Below, in pieces: positions 1-10,859 of a stretch of 64,000 nucleotides of DNA. Location: NCBI GenBank assembly GCA_964560085.1, contig CAZLKF010000001.1, forward strand, positions 184,794 through 248,793, written 5' to 3'. The stretch is from an uncultured Muribaculaceae bacterium. GTDB taxonomy: Bacteria > Bacillota_I > Bacilli_A > RF39 > UBA660. A program made the translations under genes and the position numbers. The first letter of the stretch is position 1, and each line of letters begins with the position of its first letter. The notes below the pieces were generated by a model that was given only the letters and a program-made list of their open reading frames with translations, was not told the DNA's origin and searched no databases.

Positions 1-79
1 AATAATCTATTCTATGTAATTGGTATTTATATAACTTCTATTATGGGAGGAATTATTGGTATAAATGCCAAAAAAAGTT

Positions 80-1228
<1,149 letters not shown>

Positions 1229-2539
1229 TTATTTTTCTGCATTAACAAATGAAACAAATTGCATTAAATTTATTGCATTTGATCCTTTGACATAAATAAC
1301 TTTATCTAAAAAATATGCTTTATTTATTTTATAATAATCAATTAATTCGGAAACATTAGTAAAATATAAGGCATTTTCTAATTTAATATTTTTAATATTA
1401 TTACCAACAAGTATATAATCAATGTTTCTTAATTCTTTAAGTTTATTTTCAATTTCTTTATAAATTTTCTTTCGTTTACTACCTAATTCTAAAATATCAC
1501 CCAAAAGACATATCTTTTTTTGATCATAAATTTTTAACAACTCGAGCCCTGATATTAATGACTCATAATTTGCATTATATGCATCATTAATAATTATCAT
1601 ATCTTTTTTAACAATTGTTTCTAAGCGATTTTCGACTGTTCTAAAATTATTCAAAGCTTTAACAATATGTTTTGGTTTTACTCCTAAATATAAACTAACA
1701 GCAATTGCTAAGGCAACATTGTTTAATTGTTCAACACTAGGAATATTATATTTAATATGATATTTTCTATCAATTAATAAATCAAATTCGACATAGTTTC
1801 TATTTAAAAAAATATTTTCAAATTTAAATTTTTTGTTTTTAAAAGTAACTTTTATACTATTTTTAACATTTTTTAAATACTCATCATAACCATTAACAAA
1901 TAATATTTTTTCATTCATACCTTCAATAATTTCCAGTTTTGCTTTTAATATTTCTTTTTTACTACCAAGATTACCAATATGCGCAGTTCCAATATTAGTT
2001 ATTAAGGCAATATTAGGACAACACATATTAGATAATTCGCTTATTTCATTTCGATGATTCATTCCTAATTCTAAAACTGCATATTTGTGATGCTTATTTA
2101 ATTTAGTTAGATTAAGTGGTAAACCAATGATGTTATTATTATTTTTATACGTTTTAAATGTTTTTCCCTTATAGTTTAACATACTACCTAATAATTCTTT
2201 TGTTGTCGTTTTTCCATTTGAACCAGTAATAGCAATTACTTGCCCATCAAAATGATGGCGATAATATTCACCTATTTTTTTTAATGCTTCAAGCGTATCA
2301 TTTACCCGGATAATCGGAAATTTGTCGCTTTCAAAATTATTGCTAACAATTAAACAAGTAGCATGTTTTATATCTTTTAAATAATTATGTCCATCACTTT
2401 TTTCACCCTTAAGAGCAATAAAAACTTCATTTCTTTTTAATGTTCTTGTATCAATTGAAAAATTTTTTATTTTTCTATTGATATAATAAAAATTATTTAT
2501 TTCCCCATCGACAATTTCGGCAAGTTCAAGTATATTCAT
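1229..2539 (-). CDS. murF: UDP-N-acetylmuramoyl-tripeptide--D-alanyl-D-alanine ligase
   Basis: Mur ligase P-loop ITGSNGKTTTKE; N-terminus MNILELAEIVDGE is typical of MurF; 436 aa with Mur ligase middle and C domains. Confidence 0.82.
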   Translation of the reverse strand: MNILELAEIVDGEINNFYYINRKIKNFSIDTRTLKRNEVFIALKGEKSDGHNYLKDIKHATCLIVSNNFESDKFPIIRVNDTLEALKKIGEYYRHHFDGQVIAITGSNGKTTTKELLGSMLNYKGKTFKTYKNNNNIIGLPLNLTKLNKHHKYAVLELGMNHRNEISELSNMCCPNIALITNIGTAHIGNLGSKKEILKAKLEIIEGMNEKILFVNGYDEYLKNVKNSIKVTFKNKKFKFENIFLNRNYVEFDLLIDRKYHIKYNIPSVEQLNNVALAIAVSLYLGVKPKHIVKALNNFRTVENRLETIVKKDMIIINDAYNANYESLISGLELLKIYDQKKICLLGDILELGSKRKKIYKEIENKLKELRNIDYILVGNNIKNIKLENALYFTNVSELIDYYKINKAYFLDKVIYVKGSNAINLMQFVSFVNAEK

Positions 2540-2587
2540 GATAACCCTCCGATAAAATATATTTTATTGCAAGAAAAAAATACATAT

Positions 2588-2812
2588 TTACATGTATTTA
2601 TTCATTGATTTCATCATTTGATTTACTTGCTTCTGACTAGGTGTACGCCCCATTTGTTGCATCATTGCCTTAATCATTTGCTCATTGATTGGTGGATTAT
2701 CTTTTATATATTTCTTCATTACTTTACGAGCAACAAAGAAGCCAATTACAGCACCAACAACAAGACCTAAAACTACATATAATAAATCTATCCAAAATTG
2801 TCCCATTTTCAT
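2588..2812 (-). CDS. UPF0154 / YneF-family small membrane protein
   Basis: 74 aa with an N-terminal TM helix, then [35 protein letters not shown], which closely matches the YneF/UPF0154 signature (NPPINEEM...MMQMGQKPSQKK). Confidence 0.7.
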   Translation of the reverse strand: MKMGQFWIDLLYVVLGLVVGAVIGFFVARKVMKKYIKDNPPINEQMIKAMMQQMGRTPSQKQVNQMMKSMNKYM

Positions 2813-2894
2813 TTCCTCCTTACTTAATTTTACTAGAAATTTAAATATTATTCAACAAATTAATATAAATTTATTCCTTTTTATTGTTTTGGTA

Positions 2895-3506
2895 TTAATT
2901 TAGTATACCATCAACCATCTCATAAACATTATCACATAATTTGTCAATGTCTTCTTGATAATGACTAGTAAGAATAATAGTTATTCCATCTTTTTTCAAC
3001 TTGAGGAATTGTGTTCGAAAAAACTCTACACTTTCTTTATCAAGCCCATTAAATGGTTCATCTAACAAAAGAATTTTTGGATTTTCCATTAAAGCTTGAG
3101 CTAATTTTAATTTTTGCTTCATTCCAGTTGAATAACTACGATATTTAGTTTTGTTTTTCGGATCAAGATTAACATATTTCATGATTTGATAAATATCATG
3201 ATCATCGACTTTATTTTTTAATAATGATAGTAACTTTAGATTGGCAAATCCAGTTTCATTATCAAGAAATCCCGTATCTATCAAAACTCCATAATCATCA
3301 ATTATATTAAAACCATGATAATCGATGGTTCCGGTTGTTGGCACATATAATCCTGAAATCATTTTTAGCAAAACAGTTTTACCGCTGCCATTGCGCCCAA
3401 TTATTCCTGTAATTGTGCCTTCATCGATTTTTAAATTAACATTTCTTACAACTTCTTTATCAGTAAATGTCTTACCAACATTATTTAGTGTCAATATTTG
3501 TTTCAT
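2895..3506 (-). CDS. ABC transporter ATP-binding protein (degenerate signature motif)
   Basis: Walker A GRNGSGKT, Walker B ILLLDEP, H-loop TSH; the signature is YSTGMKQ instead of LSGGQ. Translationally coupled (overlap) with the downstream permease genes. Confidence 0.85.
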   Translation of the reverse strand: MKQILTLNNVGKTFTDKEVVRNVNLKIDEGTITGIIGRNGSGKTVLLKMISGLYVPTTGTIDYHGFNIIDDYGVLIDTGFLDNETGFANLKLLSLLKNKVDDHDIYQIMKYVNLDPKNKTKYRSYSTGMKQKLKLAQALMENPKILLLDEPFNGLDKESVEFFRTQFLKLKKDGITIILTSHYQEDIDKLCDNVYEMVDGILN

Positions 3507-4213
3507 CCTAAATCCCTCTTTTCAAAAGACTTTATTATTAAATATATTATAGATATATATATAATCAATAATAGCAATATAATTATAATTGGATTGGTAA
3601 ATGTCAAAGTATTTTCATAAAATGTCGACTTTATAATAATTTCTAAAATAATATAACAGAGTATATAAATTATCGTAGAATTTAATGCCTCATCGGTTTT
3701 AATGTAAAAAAGCAAATAAATATTTGGTATTAAAATAGTTAATAATATTTTATAGGCAATTGGTATCAACATCATATATTCAAAATTAATTTTTAAATTT
3801 TCATTGATGCATACAAAATAGCAAAATATGATATATATTAAAGATATTATTAATGCAAAAAACAAGTTGATTTTAATAATTTCCTTAATCCATTTATGTC
3901 GACCAATTCTGCAAAATGTTGAAGAAGGGTTCTTGATGAAAAAATGATCTATAAACTGAATTATCACATACGATAAAATTGCTAAATATGAGCATTCAAT
4001 CAATAAACAAAAAATAAATGAAGAATCAAAAAACGTCATTGGTAATAACATTGTGTAATATATGTATGTATAATCCGATATATCATGAACATCCATATAA
4101 GATGCTTTTAATCCACAAAGCGGTTTACAAATGAAATATATGATTATCAAAAATAGTATTTGCCACAATAGAAAGTATTTATTTAGGATAAATCTCTTTA
4201 AAATACGAATCAT
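3503..4213 (-). CDS. Polytopic membrane protein, putative ABC-2-type permease subunit
   Basis: About 6 predicted TM helices; 4-nt overlaps with both neighbours in the operon. Confidence 0.5.
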   Translation of the reverse strand: MIRILKRFILNKYFLLWQILFLIIIYFICKPLCGLKASYMDVHDISDYTYIYYTMLLPMTFFDSSFIFCLLIECSYLAILSYVIIQFIDHFFIKNPSSTFCRIGRHKWIKEIIKINLFFALIISLIYIIFCYFVCINENLKINFEYMMLIPIAYKILLTILIPNIYLLFYIKTDEALNSTIIYILCYIILEIIIKSTFYENTLTFTNPIIIILLLLIIYISIIYLIIKSFEKRDLG

Positions 4214-5127
4214 ATATTCTTTAAAACCGCTTTCTTATAACACGCTTTTGCTAAAAAGTAAAAAATCAAACAAACAAATATAGTTATGATTAAAGGAATA
4301 TATAAATTAAATTTTAGCAAGTTAAATGCTGCATATAAAAATAAAGAACCATAATAAATATAAGGAACTACGTTGAACGCAATATATGGTACTATTGATA
4401 TTGCTGCGAAGGTAAAAATAAATACTAAATATGTAAGTGGCTTGTTTTTTATAGTAGAAATAATAATTATTGACAAACATGAAATTGAAAAAGCATAAAT
4501 AAAAGCCATAACTAAATCCAAAAAAACCATTAAATAAGGATTAACATTATAACTAACGTATAAAAAATCTGGTGACAAATATAAAGCTTCACTAATAATG
4601 TGCTCACTACTTATACCATTTGGAAAAAACAAACTCAAAAGGAGAAAATAACATAATCTAGGAATGGTAAATAGCAAACCAGATATTATTCCATTTTTTA
4701 AAATTGTATTCCGAAAATATTTTTTTAAACCAATTCTTGTTATTTTGCATATAGAAAAATTATTATTTATTTCCGAATATAAATTTCTAGCAATGTAACA
4801 AAATATAACAATTGGAAAAGAAAAAATTAAAGTTTGACATAGAATTGTTCCATACGAAGCTACATACAAATAAAGAGACGACATTATATTTTGAATGCCA
4901 GGCTCAATATACAACATTATGTCATTATTAACTATTAAATCTGAAACATTACCTAATAGATATTCAGAAATATAATAACGCAAATAAGAAGGAAAATAGT
5001 TTACAACATGATAAAAGAATTCTGTCTTCATTAAAATAAATGATATAACAAATATAATTGCCGAAAATGATAAAATTTTAATAATTATCTTATTCTTTAA
5101 TTCATTTTTAATTTCTCTATTTAACAT
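4210..5127 (-). CDS. Polytopic membrane protein, putative ABC-2-type permease subunit
   Basis: Highly hydrophobic 305 aa with multiple TM helices; operon position between the membrane-anchored protein and the permease/ATPase. Confidence 0.5.
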   Translation of the reverse strand: MLNREIKNELKNKIIIKILSFSAIIFVISFILMKTEFFYHVVNYFPSYLRYYISEYLLGNVSDLIVNNDIMLYIEPGIQNIMSSLYLYVASYGTILCQTLIFSFPIVIFCYIARNLYSEINNNFSICKITRIGLKKYFRNTILKNGIISGLLFTIPRLCYFLLLSLFFPNGISSEHIISEALYLSPDFLYVSYNVNPYLMVFLDLVMAFIYAFSISCLSIIIISTIKNKPLTYLVFIFTFAAISIVPYIAFNVVPYIYYGSLFLYAAFNLLKFNLYIPLIITIFVCLIFYFLAKACYKKAVLKNI

Positions 5128-5150
5128 AAAATCCCACCTTTTAATGCAGT

Positions 5151-6059
5151 TTACATATATAACTTTGGATAATTACCTTTTTTTGTTTGCATCCACAAAT
5201 TATCTAAGTCAAGTTGATACCTATTGGTGTAATATTTAGAAACCGGATTAAATATTCGTTCTGCTTTTATTAATTTATAATCAATGTTTAATACTTCCGT
5301 ATCTATATTTTTTTTAAAAAGGAAAATATTTTTATCTATATCTATTTCCATATAAGTATCAATTAAATAGTGAGAAAAGTCTTCTAAAGTTTCTGCTATG
5401 ATATCAATTATGATATCTTCATTCTTTTTATAAAAACTATCATATGATTTGTTTATAGAATCAACCATTTCTTTATATGAGTAATCTTTAGTAAGCATTG
5501 AAAAAACTTTATCATAAAAATATTTTTTATTATCGGTATATCCTTGGGTTTTTAAATAATCAACATATAACTTATTAAATGTTTCTCTATTGATTATTTT
5601 TTTAGACACTTTATATATATATGCATCATTATCTTTAATAAAGTATTTCCCATTTTGTTGTCTTACAAATACTTCTTCACTTAATTTGTAATTTATTACG
5701 TTAAAATAATCAATAAATTGCATAAATGATGAAAACGACTCAATTAATTTTGGCTTTTCAGAGACCTCAATCATGTAGTCTAAAATAGGAACTATATGAT
5801 AATTAGAAAAGTCATAAATCAAATCTCCTTTAGTTATTTTATAACCTTTACTAGTTGATAAAACTTTTCTAATACTAGCATATTGATTATCAAAGTTTTT
5901 ATAATATGTCAGCATTCTTACAACCATGCTCATACTATAATCATTGTATAAATCATATTCTTTATTTTCAGATCCTAAATAATCTTTTGTAAAAAAACAA
6001 GCAAGTAATATAGTTAAAATAGAAGTGATAAGTACAATAATCAATTTATTTTTTTTCAT
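5151..6059 (-). CDS. Membrane-anchored (N-terminal signal/TM, LLAC lipobox-like) extracytoplasmic protein of unknown function
   Basis: MKKNKLIIVLITSILTILLACFF N-terminus; the rest is hydrophilic and Tyr/Lys/Asp-rich; first gene of the ABC operon. Confidence 0.4.
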   Translation of the reverse strand: MKKNKLIIVLITSILTILLACFFTKDYLGSENKEYDLYNDYSMSMVVRMLTYYKNFDNQYASIRKVLSTSKGYKITKGDLIYDFSNYHIVPILDYMIEVSEKPKLIESFSSFMQFIDYFNVINYKLSEEVFVRQQNGKYFIKDNDAYIYKVSKKIINRETFNKLYVDYLKTQGYTDNKKYFYDKVFSMLTKDYSYKEMVDSINKSYDSFYKKNEDIIIDIIAETLEDFSHYLIDTYMEIDIDKNIFLFKKNIDTEVLNIDYKLIKAERIFNPVSKYYTNRYQLDLDNLWMQTKKGNYPKLYM

Positions 6060-6163
6060 TTATTGCTTACTCCTTTTACACATTGCGATTTTTAATTACA
6101 TCTTCATTATATCAACGTCTAACAATTTTGTAAACTTAGGCAATTTGATTTAAATTTATATAG

Positions 6164-6595
6164 TTATTTTACCAACATTTTACTCTCATTTGTTATCTTC
6201 TTTAACCAAAAATAATCTTTATTATCAAAATCACATACAAAGATATTGTTATCAAATAAATTAAGGTATTTTAATACACTTGAAATACTGGCATTTGTGT
6301 ATAAAACAATACAACTTTCATTTATTGAAATTAACGACTTTTCATTGCCTTTGATAATTACACGGTTTTTAAATATTGTGTTGTTTGGAAATCTATCTTT
6401 AAAATATTGTAATATTTTATTTTTATCAAATTTCTTGCATAATTGATTATAAATAGAGAGGCCAAAATTTAACTTATTAGTATTTAAATAATATAAATTT
6501 TCTAGAATTGTATAAAGTGATTTTAAATCATCTGGAGTTTCTCCTTGATATTTTTTTTGAATTCGAAACAGATAAAATTTACGCATATTAATCAC
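6164..6595 (-). CDS. Hypothetical protein
   Basis: 143-aa ORF with no recognised motif; plausible spacing upstream of the ABC operon. Confidence 0.3.
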   Translation of the reverse strand: MINMRKFYLFRIQKKYQGETPDDLKSLYTILENLYYLNTNKLNFGLSIYNQLCKKFDKNKILQYFKDRFPNNTIFKNRVIIKGNEKSLISINESCIVLYTNASISSVLKYLNLFDNNIFVCDFDNKDYFWLKKITNESKMLVK

Positions 6596-6649
6596 CTCAA
6601 TAATTATATAAATTTTATAGAATAGAAAATGTCAAAAAAAGTTATTAAA

Positions 6650-8635
6650 TCACTTTAATAACTTTAAAACACGATCTTTAATATCTGTGTACATAAAACT
6701 ACAATAAGATAAAACTTCATCCCTTGTTCCACTAACGCCATAATTATCTAATGTAATTAAATATTTTTTATTATAGACAAATTGATGCCATCCATAACTA
6801 GTACCTGCTTCAATAACAACCCTTTTAATTCCCATTGGTAAAATAGATTGTTGATATTGCTCTGATTGTTTCAAAAACTCTTCCATTATTGGCATAGAAA
6901 CAACACGAAGATCTAACTTCTCACTTACATATAATTCTTCAGCAATGTGAACTGCAGTCTGCACTTCTGTTCCAGTTGCAATAATTATTCCATGTAAAAC
7001 ATTTCTTTCTCTTTTTACAATATAAGCTCCTTTTTCAGTTTCAAATATACTACTATTTTCTAAAATAGGAACTTCGCTTCTTGACAACACTAAAGCAGCT
7101 GGTGAATTATAATCATGAAGAATTTTATTCCAGCAACCAATTATTTCACGAACATCAGCCGGACGAAAAACCATTAAATTAGGTGTAGCTCTTAAAGTTG
7201 CTAATTGTTCAATTGGTTGATGTGAAGGTCCATCAGGACCGATATTAACTGAATCATGCGTAAATATGTATGTTACTGGTAAATGACACATTGCTGACAT
7301 GCGCATGGCTGGTTTCATATAATCTGAGAATGCTAAAAAAGTAGAGCCAAAAGCCTTAAAACCTGTTAAAGCTAAACCATTCAATATAGCACCCATTGCA
7401 TGTTCTCTAACTCCAAAGTTAATATTTCGTCCAGAAAAATCTTGATAATTTATTGCTTTTGTATCATCAATAAATGTTTTAGTTGAGGTTGCTACATCAG
7501 CAGCTCCGCCAACAAAATTCGATAATCTTTCGGCAATATATTGCATAACTTGATGATTAATGTCACGCATCTGTTGTTTTTCACCAGTTTGGCGAATGTA
7601 ATTTAAAATTTTTTCATCGAGAGTTAAATTTATTTGCTCATCAAATATTGCCTTTAACTCACTGATATCATAATCCTTTTGAGCATCTACATATGCTTTA
7701 TAATCATGAGCCCATTTATCATATTTTTTATTACTACGATCACGAATAGCTTCCCTTAACGAATTGGCAGCCAATTCTGACATATAGAAAGGTTCATTTG
7801 TAACACCTAATTTTGTTTTAATCTTACTAATATCATCAACACTGAATACATGACCGTGAACTTTATTATCACCTGCTAATTCAGTATCCTGACCAATAGT
7901 CGTTACGACTTGAACAAATCCTGGGCGTGGTGATGCTTTACATTTATTAATAGCATCATTAATTTCGCTGACACTATTACCATCTTTGACAAATTCAACA
8001 TGCCAACCCATAGCTCTGAAACGCTCACTAACGTTTTCAGTAAATGTTATTTTTTTATTGCCATCCAATGTTACATTGTTAGAATCATATAAAACAATTA
8101 AATTGTTTAAGCCGTTATTAGCTGCAAAAGATGCTGCTTCATAACTAACTCCTTCCATTAAATCGCCGTCCCCAACAAGAGCATAAACACGGTAATTAAA
8201 AAGACTATATGGTTTGTCATCGCCAATCTTAAAACGAGACTCAAGCATTTTTTCACCCAAAGCCAAGCCAACAGCTGTTGCTAAACCTTGACCTAAAGGT
8301 CCTGTGCTAACATCAACACCTGGCGTAATTCCAACCTCTGGATGACCTGGTGTCTTATAACCATATCTGCGAAAATTTTGCAAATCTTCAGCTGTTATCC
8401 CCATACCTGCCATAGCTAATGTCGCATATAGTAAAGCTGAACCATGTCCTGCTGACAAAACAAAACGATCACGATTAATCCAATTAGGATCACGAGGATT
8501 AATATTCATATGCTTTGCATAAATTGTATATATAAGTGGAGCTGCACTCATAACGATTCCCGAATGTCCACTTTCAGCTCGATTTATCATATCTAATGAT
8601 AGTACTTTAATATTGTTTATTATTTCTCTGTCCAT
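6650..8635 (-). CDS. tkt: Transketolase
   Basis: N-terminal TPP-binding HSGIVMSAAPL...DRFVLSAGHGSALLYA; full-length 661 aa with GDGDLMEG. Confidence 0.95.
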   Translation of the reverse strand: MDREIINNIKVLSLDMINRAESGHSGIVMSAAPLIYTIYAKHMNINPRDPNWINRDRFVLSAGHGSALLYATLAMAGMGITAEDLQNFRRYGYKTPGHPEVGITPGVDVSTGPLGQGLATAVGLALGEKMLESRFKIGDDKPYSLFNYRVYALVGDGDLMEGVSYEAASFAANNGLNNLIVLYDSNNVTLDGNKKITFTENVSERFRAMGWHVEFVKDGNSVSEINDAINKCKASPRPGFVQVVTTIGQDTELAGDNKVHGHVFSVDDISKIKTKLGVTNEPFYMSELAANSLREAIRDRSNKKYDKWAHDYKAYVDAQKDYDISELKAIFDEQINLTLDEKILNYIRQTGEKQQMRDINHQVMQYIAERLSNFVGGAADVATSTKTFIDDTKAINYQDFSGRNINFGVREHAMGAILNGLALTGFKAFGSTFLAFSDYMKPAMRMSAMCHLPVTYIFTHDSVNIGPDGPSHQPIEQLATLRATPNLMVFRPADVREIIGCWNKILHDYNSPAALVLSRSEVPILENSSIFETEKGAYIVKRERNVLHGIIIATGTEVQTAVHIAEELYVSEKLDLRVVSMPIMEEFLKQSEQYQQSILPMGIKRVVIEAGTSYGWHQFVYNKKYLITLDNYGVSGTRDEVLSYCSFMYTDIKDRVLKLLK

Positions 8636-8701
8636 TTTTTCATCCCCTATTTATTATTCAGTTTTATTATAACAAATTTTTAATAATAAATAAAGTTATT
8701 T

Positions 8702-8731
8702 ATAAATAAAAAAACGAATATAAAATTCGTT
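8702..8731 (-). terminator. Rho-independent terminator after the small SOS ORF
   Basis: Perfect hairpin AACGAAT-ATAAA-ATTCGTT (8713-8731) followed on the minus strand by TTTTTTATTTAT. Confidence 0.5.
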
Positions 8732-8876
8732 ATTGTAAGTTCAAAGTTAAAGTTGTTTTATCTAGGTTGTCATTTTTTGCTTCAATATTTGTCTGCGCTC
8801 CAGCAATAATATAGAGCGATATCAAGAAAATAATTGTAGCCCCCATTAAAAATTTACTTTGAAATATTTCTTTCAT
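8730..8876 (-). CDS. Small single-pass membrane protein (48 aa), putative SOS-induced cell-division inhibitor analogue
   Basis: Not in the ORF track (<60 aa). MKEIFQSKFLMGATIIFLISLYIIAGAQTNIEAKNDNLDKTTLTLNLQ; RBS AGGAG 8 nt upstream; minus-strand promoter TTGACA-17-TAAGAT with the LexA box inside the spacer; divergent from lexA. Confidence 0.45.
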   Translation of the reverse strand: MKEIFQSKFLMGATIIFLISLYIIAGAQTNIEAKNDNLDKTTLTLNLQ

Positions 8877-8908
8877 AATCCACTCTCCTTCTGACAATTA
8901 TATCTTAT

Positions 8909-8926
8909 CACGAACATTTATTCGTG
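8909..8926. promoter_or_regulatory. LexA operator (Cheo/SOS box)
   Basis: CACGAACATTTATTCGTG is a near-perfect palindrome matching CGAACRNRYGTTCG at 12/14. It lies between the divergent lexA gene and the small ORF, within the -35/-10 spacer of the minus-strand promoter. Confidence 0.6.
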
Positions 8927-8949
8927 TCAAGATGAAAACAAACAAATGT

Positions 8950-8978
8950 TTGACATTTGACATTTTTCATGTTATAAT
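8950..8978 (+). promoter_or_regulatory. sigma-A promoter of lexA
   Basis: TTGACA (8950-8955), 17-nt spacer, TATAAT (8973-8978), followed by RBS GGAGG at 8990. Confidence 0.55.
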
Positions 8979-9000
8979 TCAAATAGTACGGAGGTATTAT

Positions 9001-9618
9001 ATGAATGAATTAACCAAAAGACAAAGTGAAGTTCTTAATTTTATTAAATCTTACATTGTTTCGCATGGTTATCCCCCAACTGTTAGAGAAATCGGTAGTG
9101 CTTTGGACATTTCATCACCAGCAACAGTACACGCTCATTTAGGTCATTTAGTTGAAAAAGGATTTATAAAAAAGGATGATTCTAAAAATCGTGCAATCGA
9201 GTTATTGGTTGAAAATGAGTATGTTGTAAAAGATGAAGATGTGGTTGAAGTTCCATTATTAGGGAAAATCACAGCTGGAAATCCAATTGAAGCAATTGAA
9301 AATCCTGATGAGTATTTTTCATTACCAACTTATTTGATTCCTAATAAACAAGAAGTATTTACTTTAAAAGTTTCTGGTAATAGTATGATTAATGTCGGTA
9401 TTTATGATGGCGACATTGTAATTGTTGAACGAAAGAATGTTGCCAATAATGGTGATATTGTAGTTGCTATGACTGATGAAAATGAAGTCACACTTAAAAC
9501 TTTCTATAAAGAAAATGGTTATATTCGTCTACAACCTGAAAATGATACAATGGAACCATTCATATTTCCTAATGTTACAATTCTTGGTAAAGCAATTGGT
9601 TTATATCGAAAATTATAA
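9001..9618 (+). CDS. lexA: LexA repressor (S24 peptidase)
   Basis: N-terminal wHTH (LTKRQSEVLNFIKSYIVSHGYPPTVREIG), Ala-Gly cleavage site region, and S24 domain VSGNSMINVGIYDGDIVIVE...K. The track ORF starts at 8932 but the true start is ATG 9001 with a GGAGG RBS. Confidence 0.9.
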   Translation: MNELTKRQSEVLNFIKSYIVSHGYPPTVREIGSALDISSPATVHAHLGHLVEKGFIKKDDSKNRAIELLVENEYVVKDEDVVEVPLLGKITAGNPIEAIENPDEYFSLPTYLIPNKQEVFTLKVSGNSMINVGIYDGDIVIVERKNVANNGDIVVAMTDENEVTLKTFYKENGYIRLQPENDTMEPFIFPNVTILGKAIGLYRKL

Positions 9619-9619
9619 A

Positions 9620-9651
9620 AAAAAAGAGAATTTTAAAAATTCTCTTTTTAA
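9620..9651. terminator. Bidirectional Rho-independent terminator
   Basis: AAAGAGAATTTT-AA-AAAATTCTCTTT hairpin flanked by A-run and T-run, between convergent lexA and the 175-aa gene. Confidence 0.5.
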
Positions 9652-10175
9652 ATGCTATCACTTATTTTATCATAATACTTTTCAACTTGATCAATAAAAT
9701 AATAATATTTTTCTTTAAATCGATTAACAATTATATCATTGATTTCAATAACGATTACATTACCATCTTCTAATTCTTCAATAGTATAATTTAATTTATA
9801 TCGTTTAAACTTCTTTAGAAGTTTTTTATATTTGTCGCCTTTTTTTGTAAATAAATACAAATTTTTCTTAGTAACATTTAAACTCTCTTTAATAAACTCA
9901 GGAATATGATTTTTTATTTCTGAGTAATCACATATTACATTATCAATACCTTGCTTTAGATAATTACGCAACTTATTTAAAGAAATGTCTTTACCAATAT
10001 CAATTGCTTCATCATCAGTTAAATCATCTATGGAATTTGAATTCAACCAATAAGTTTCGGTTATTTTCTGATTACTAGTAATATAAGATTCAATATTATC
10101 ACCTAATTCACCAATAACTAATAAAGAACCATCAACATTTTTTATTTTTTGTTTTAAATATCTATCAGTTTTCAT
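9648..10175 (-). CDS. Hypothetical protein
   Basis: 175-aa ORF overlapping the stop of the upstream ThiF-family gene by 11 nt (coupled); no motif recognised. Confidence 0.4.
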   Translation of the reverse strand: MKTDRYLKQKIKNVDGSLLVIGELGDNIESYITSNQKITETYWLNSNSIDDLTDDEAIDIGKDISLNKLRNYLKQGIDNVICDYSEIKNHIPEFIKESLNVTKKNLYLFTKKGDKYKKLLKKFKRYKLNYTIEELEDGNVIVIEINDIIVNRFKEKYYYFIDQVEKYYDKISDSI

Positions 10176-10854
10176 TTGACACCTTCAAAATATCATTAAT
10201 AACATAATTTGCACATAACAATCCCGCAACGGCTGGTACAAATGAAATCGAAGCAATTGGACCAGTAGTTTTTATTGGTTGCTCATCACTAAAAACAACG
10301 GGGATCTTTTTATTTATTCTTTCTTTTTTTAAATAGTTTCTTATCTCTTTAGCAATTTTATCATATGACGTTTTACTAATATCAGTTATTGTTATACGTG
10401 TTGCATCAAGTTTATTGCCCATTCCCATTGAGGATATAATTTTAATATTTTCTTCTACACTTCTTTTTATTAAAACTTTTTTTGTTTTTAAAGTATCAAT
10501 GCAATCAACAATATAATCAGGATTGCATTCAAAAACCAAATGTAAATTTTCTTCTGTTATAAACTCTCTTATTTTTGTTACATGACAATTAGCATTTATT
10601 TTTCTTATTCTATTTTCCCAAACATCAACTTTATATTCACCAATGTTAGTTGTATCAGTCATTAATTGTCTATTTAAATTAGTTTCTGCAATTGTATCAG
10701 CATCAATAATTATTAAATGACCAATTCCTGAACGAACAAGAGCTTCTACAGCATAACTACCAACGCCACCCAAACCCAAAACAACAACTGTTTGAGTTGT
10801 TAATCGTTGGAATTTTTTTTCACCAATTAAAGATATTGTTCGATCAAATTGCAT
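10165..10854 (-). CDS. tcdA: tRNA threonylcarbamoyladenosine dehydratase (ThiF/MoeB E1-like family)
   Basis: Rossmann VVVLGLGGVGSYAVEALVRSGIGHLIIIDADTIAETNLNRQ; about 230 aa with no rhodanese domain, as in TcdA/CsdL. Confidence 0.75.
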   Translation of the reverse strand: MQFDRTISLIGEKKFQRLTTQTVVVLGLGGVGSYAVEALVRSGIGHLIIIDADTIAETNLNRQLMTDTTNIGEYKVDVWENRIRKINANCHVTKIREFITEENLHLVFECNPDYIVDCIDTLKTKKVLIKRSVEENIKIISSMGMGNKLDATRITITDISKTSYDKIAKEIRNYLKKERINKKIPVVFSDEQPIKTTGPIASISFVPAVAGLLCANYVINDILKVSNEN

Positions 10855-10859
10855 GGTTA

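Noticed and set aside
8932-9000. N-terminal 23-codon extension of the lexA ORF (MKTNKCLTFDIFHVIIQIVRRYY)
   Set aside because: It spans the TTGACA-17-TATAAT promoter and precedes a GGAGG RBS positioned for ATG 9001; it is an ORF-caller artefact.
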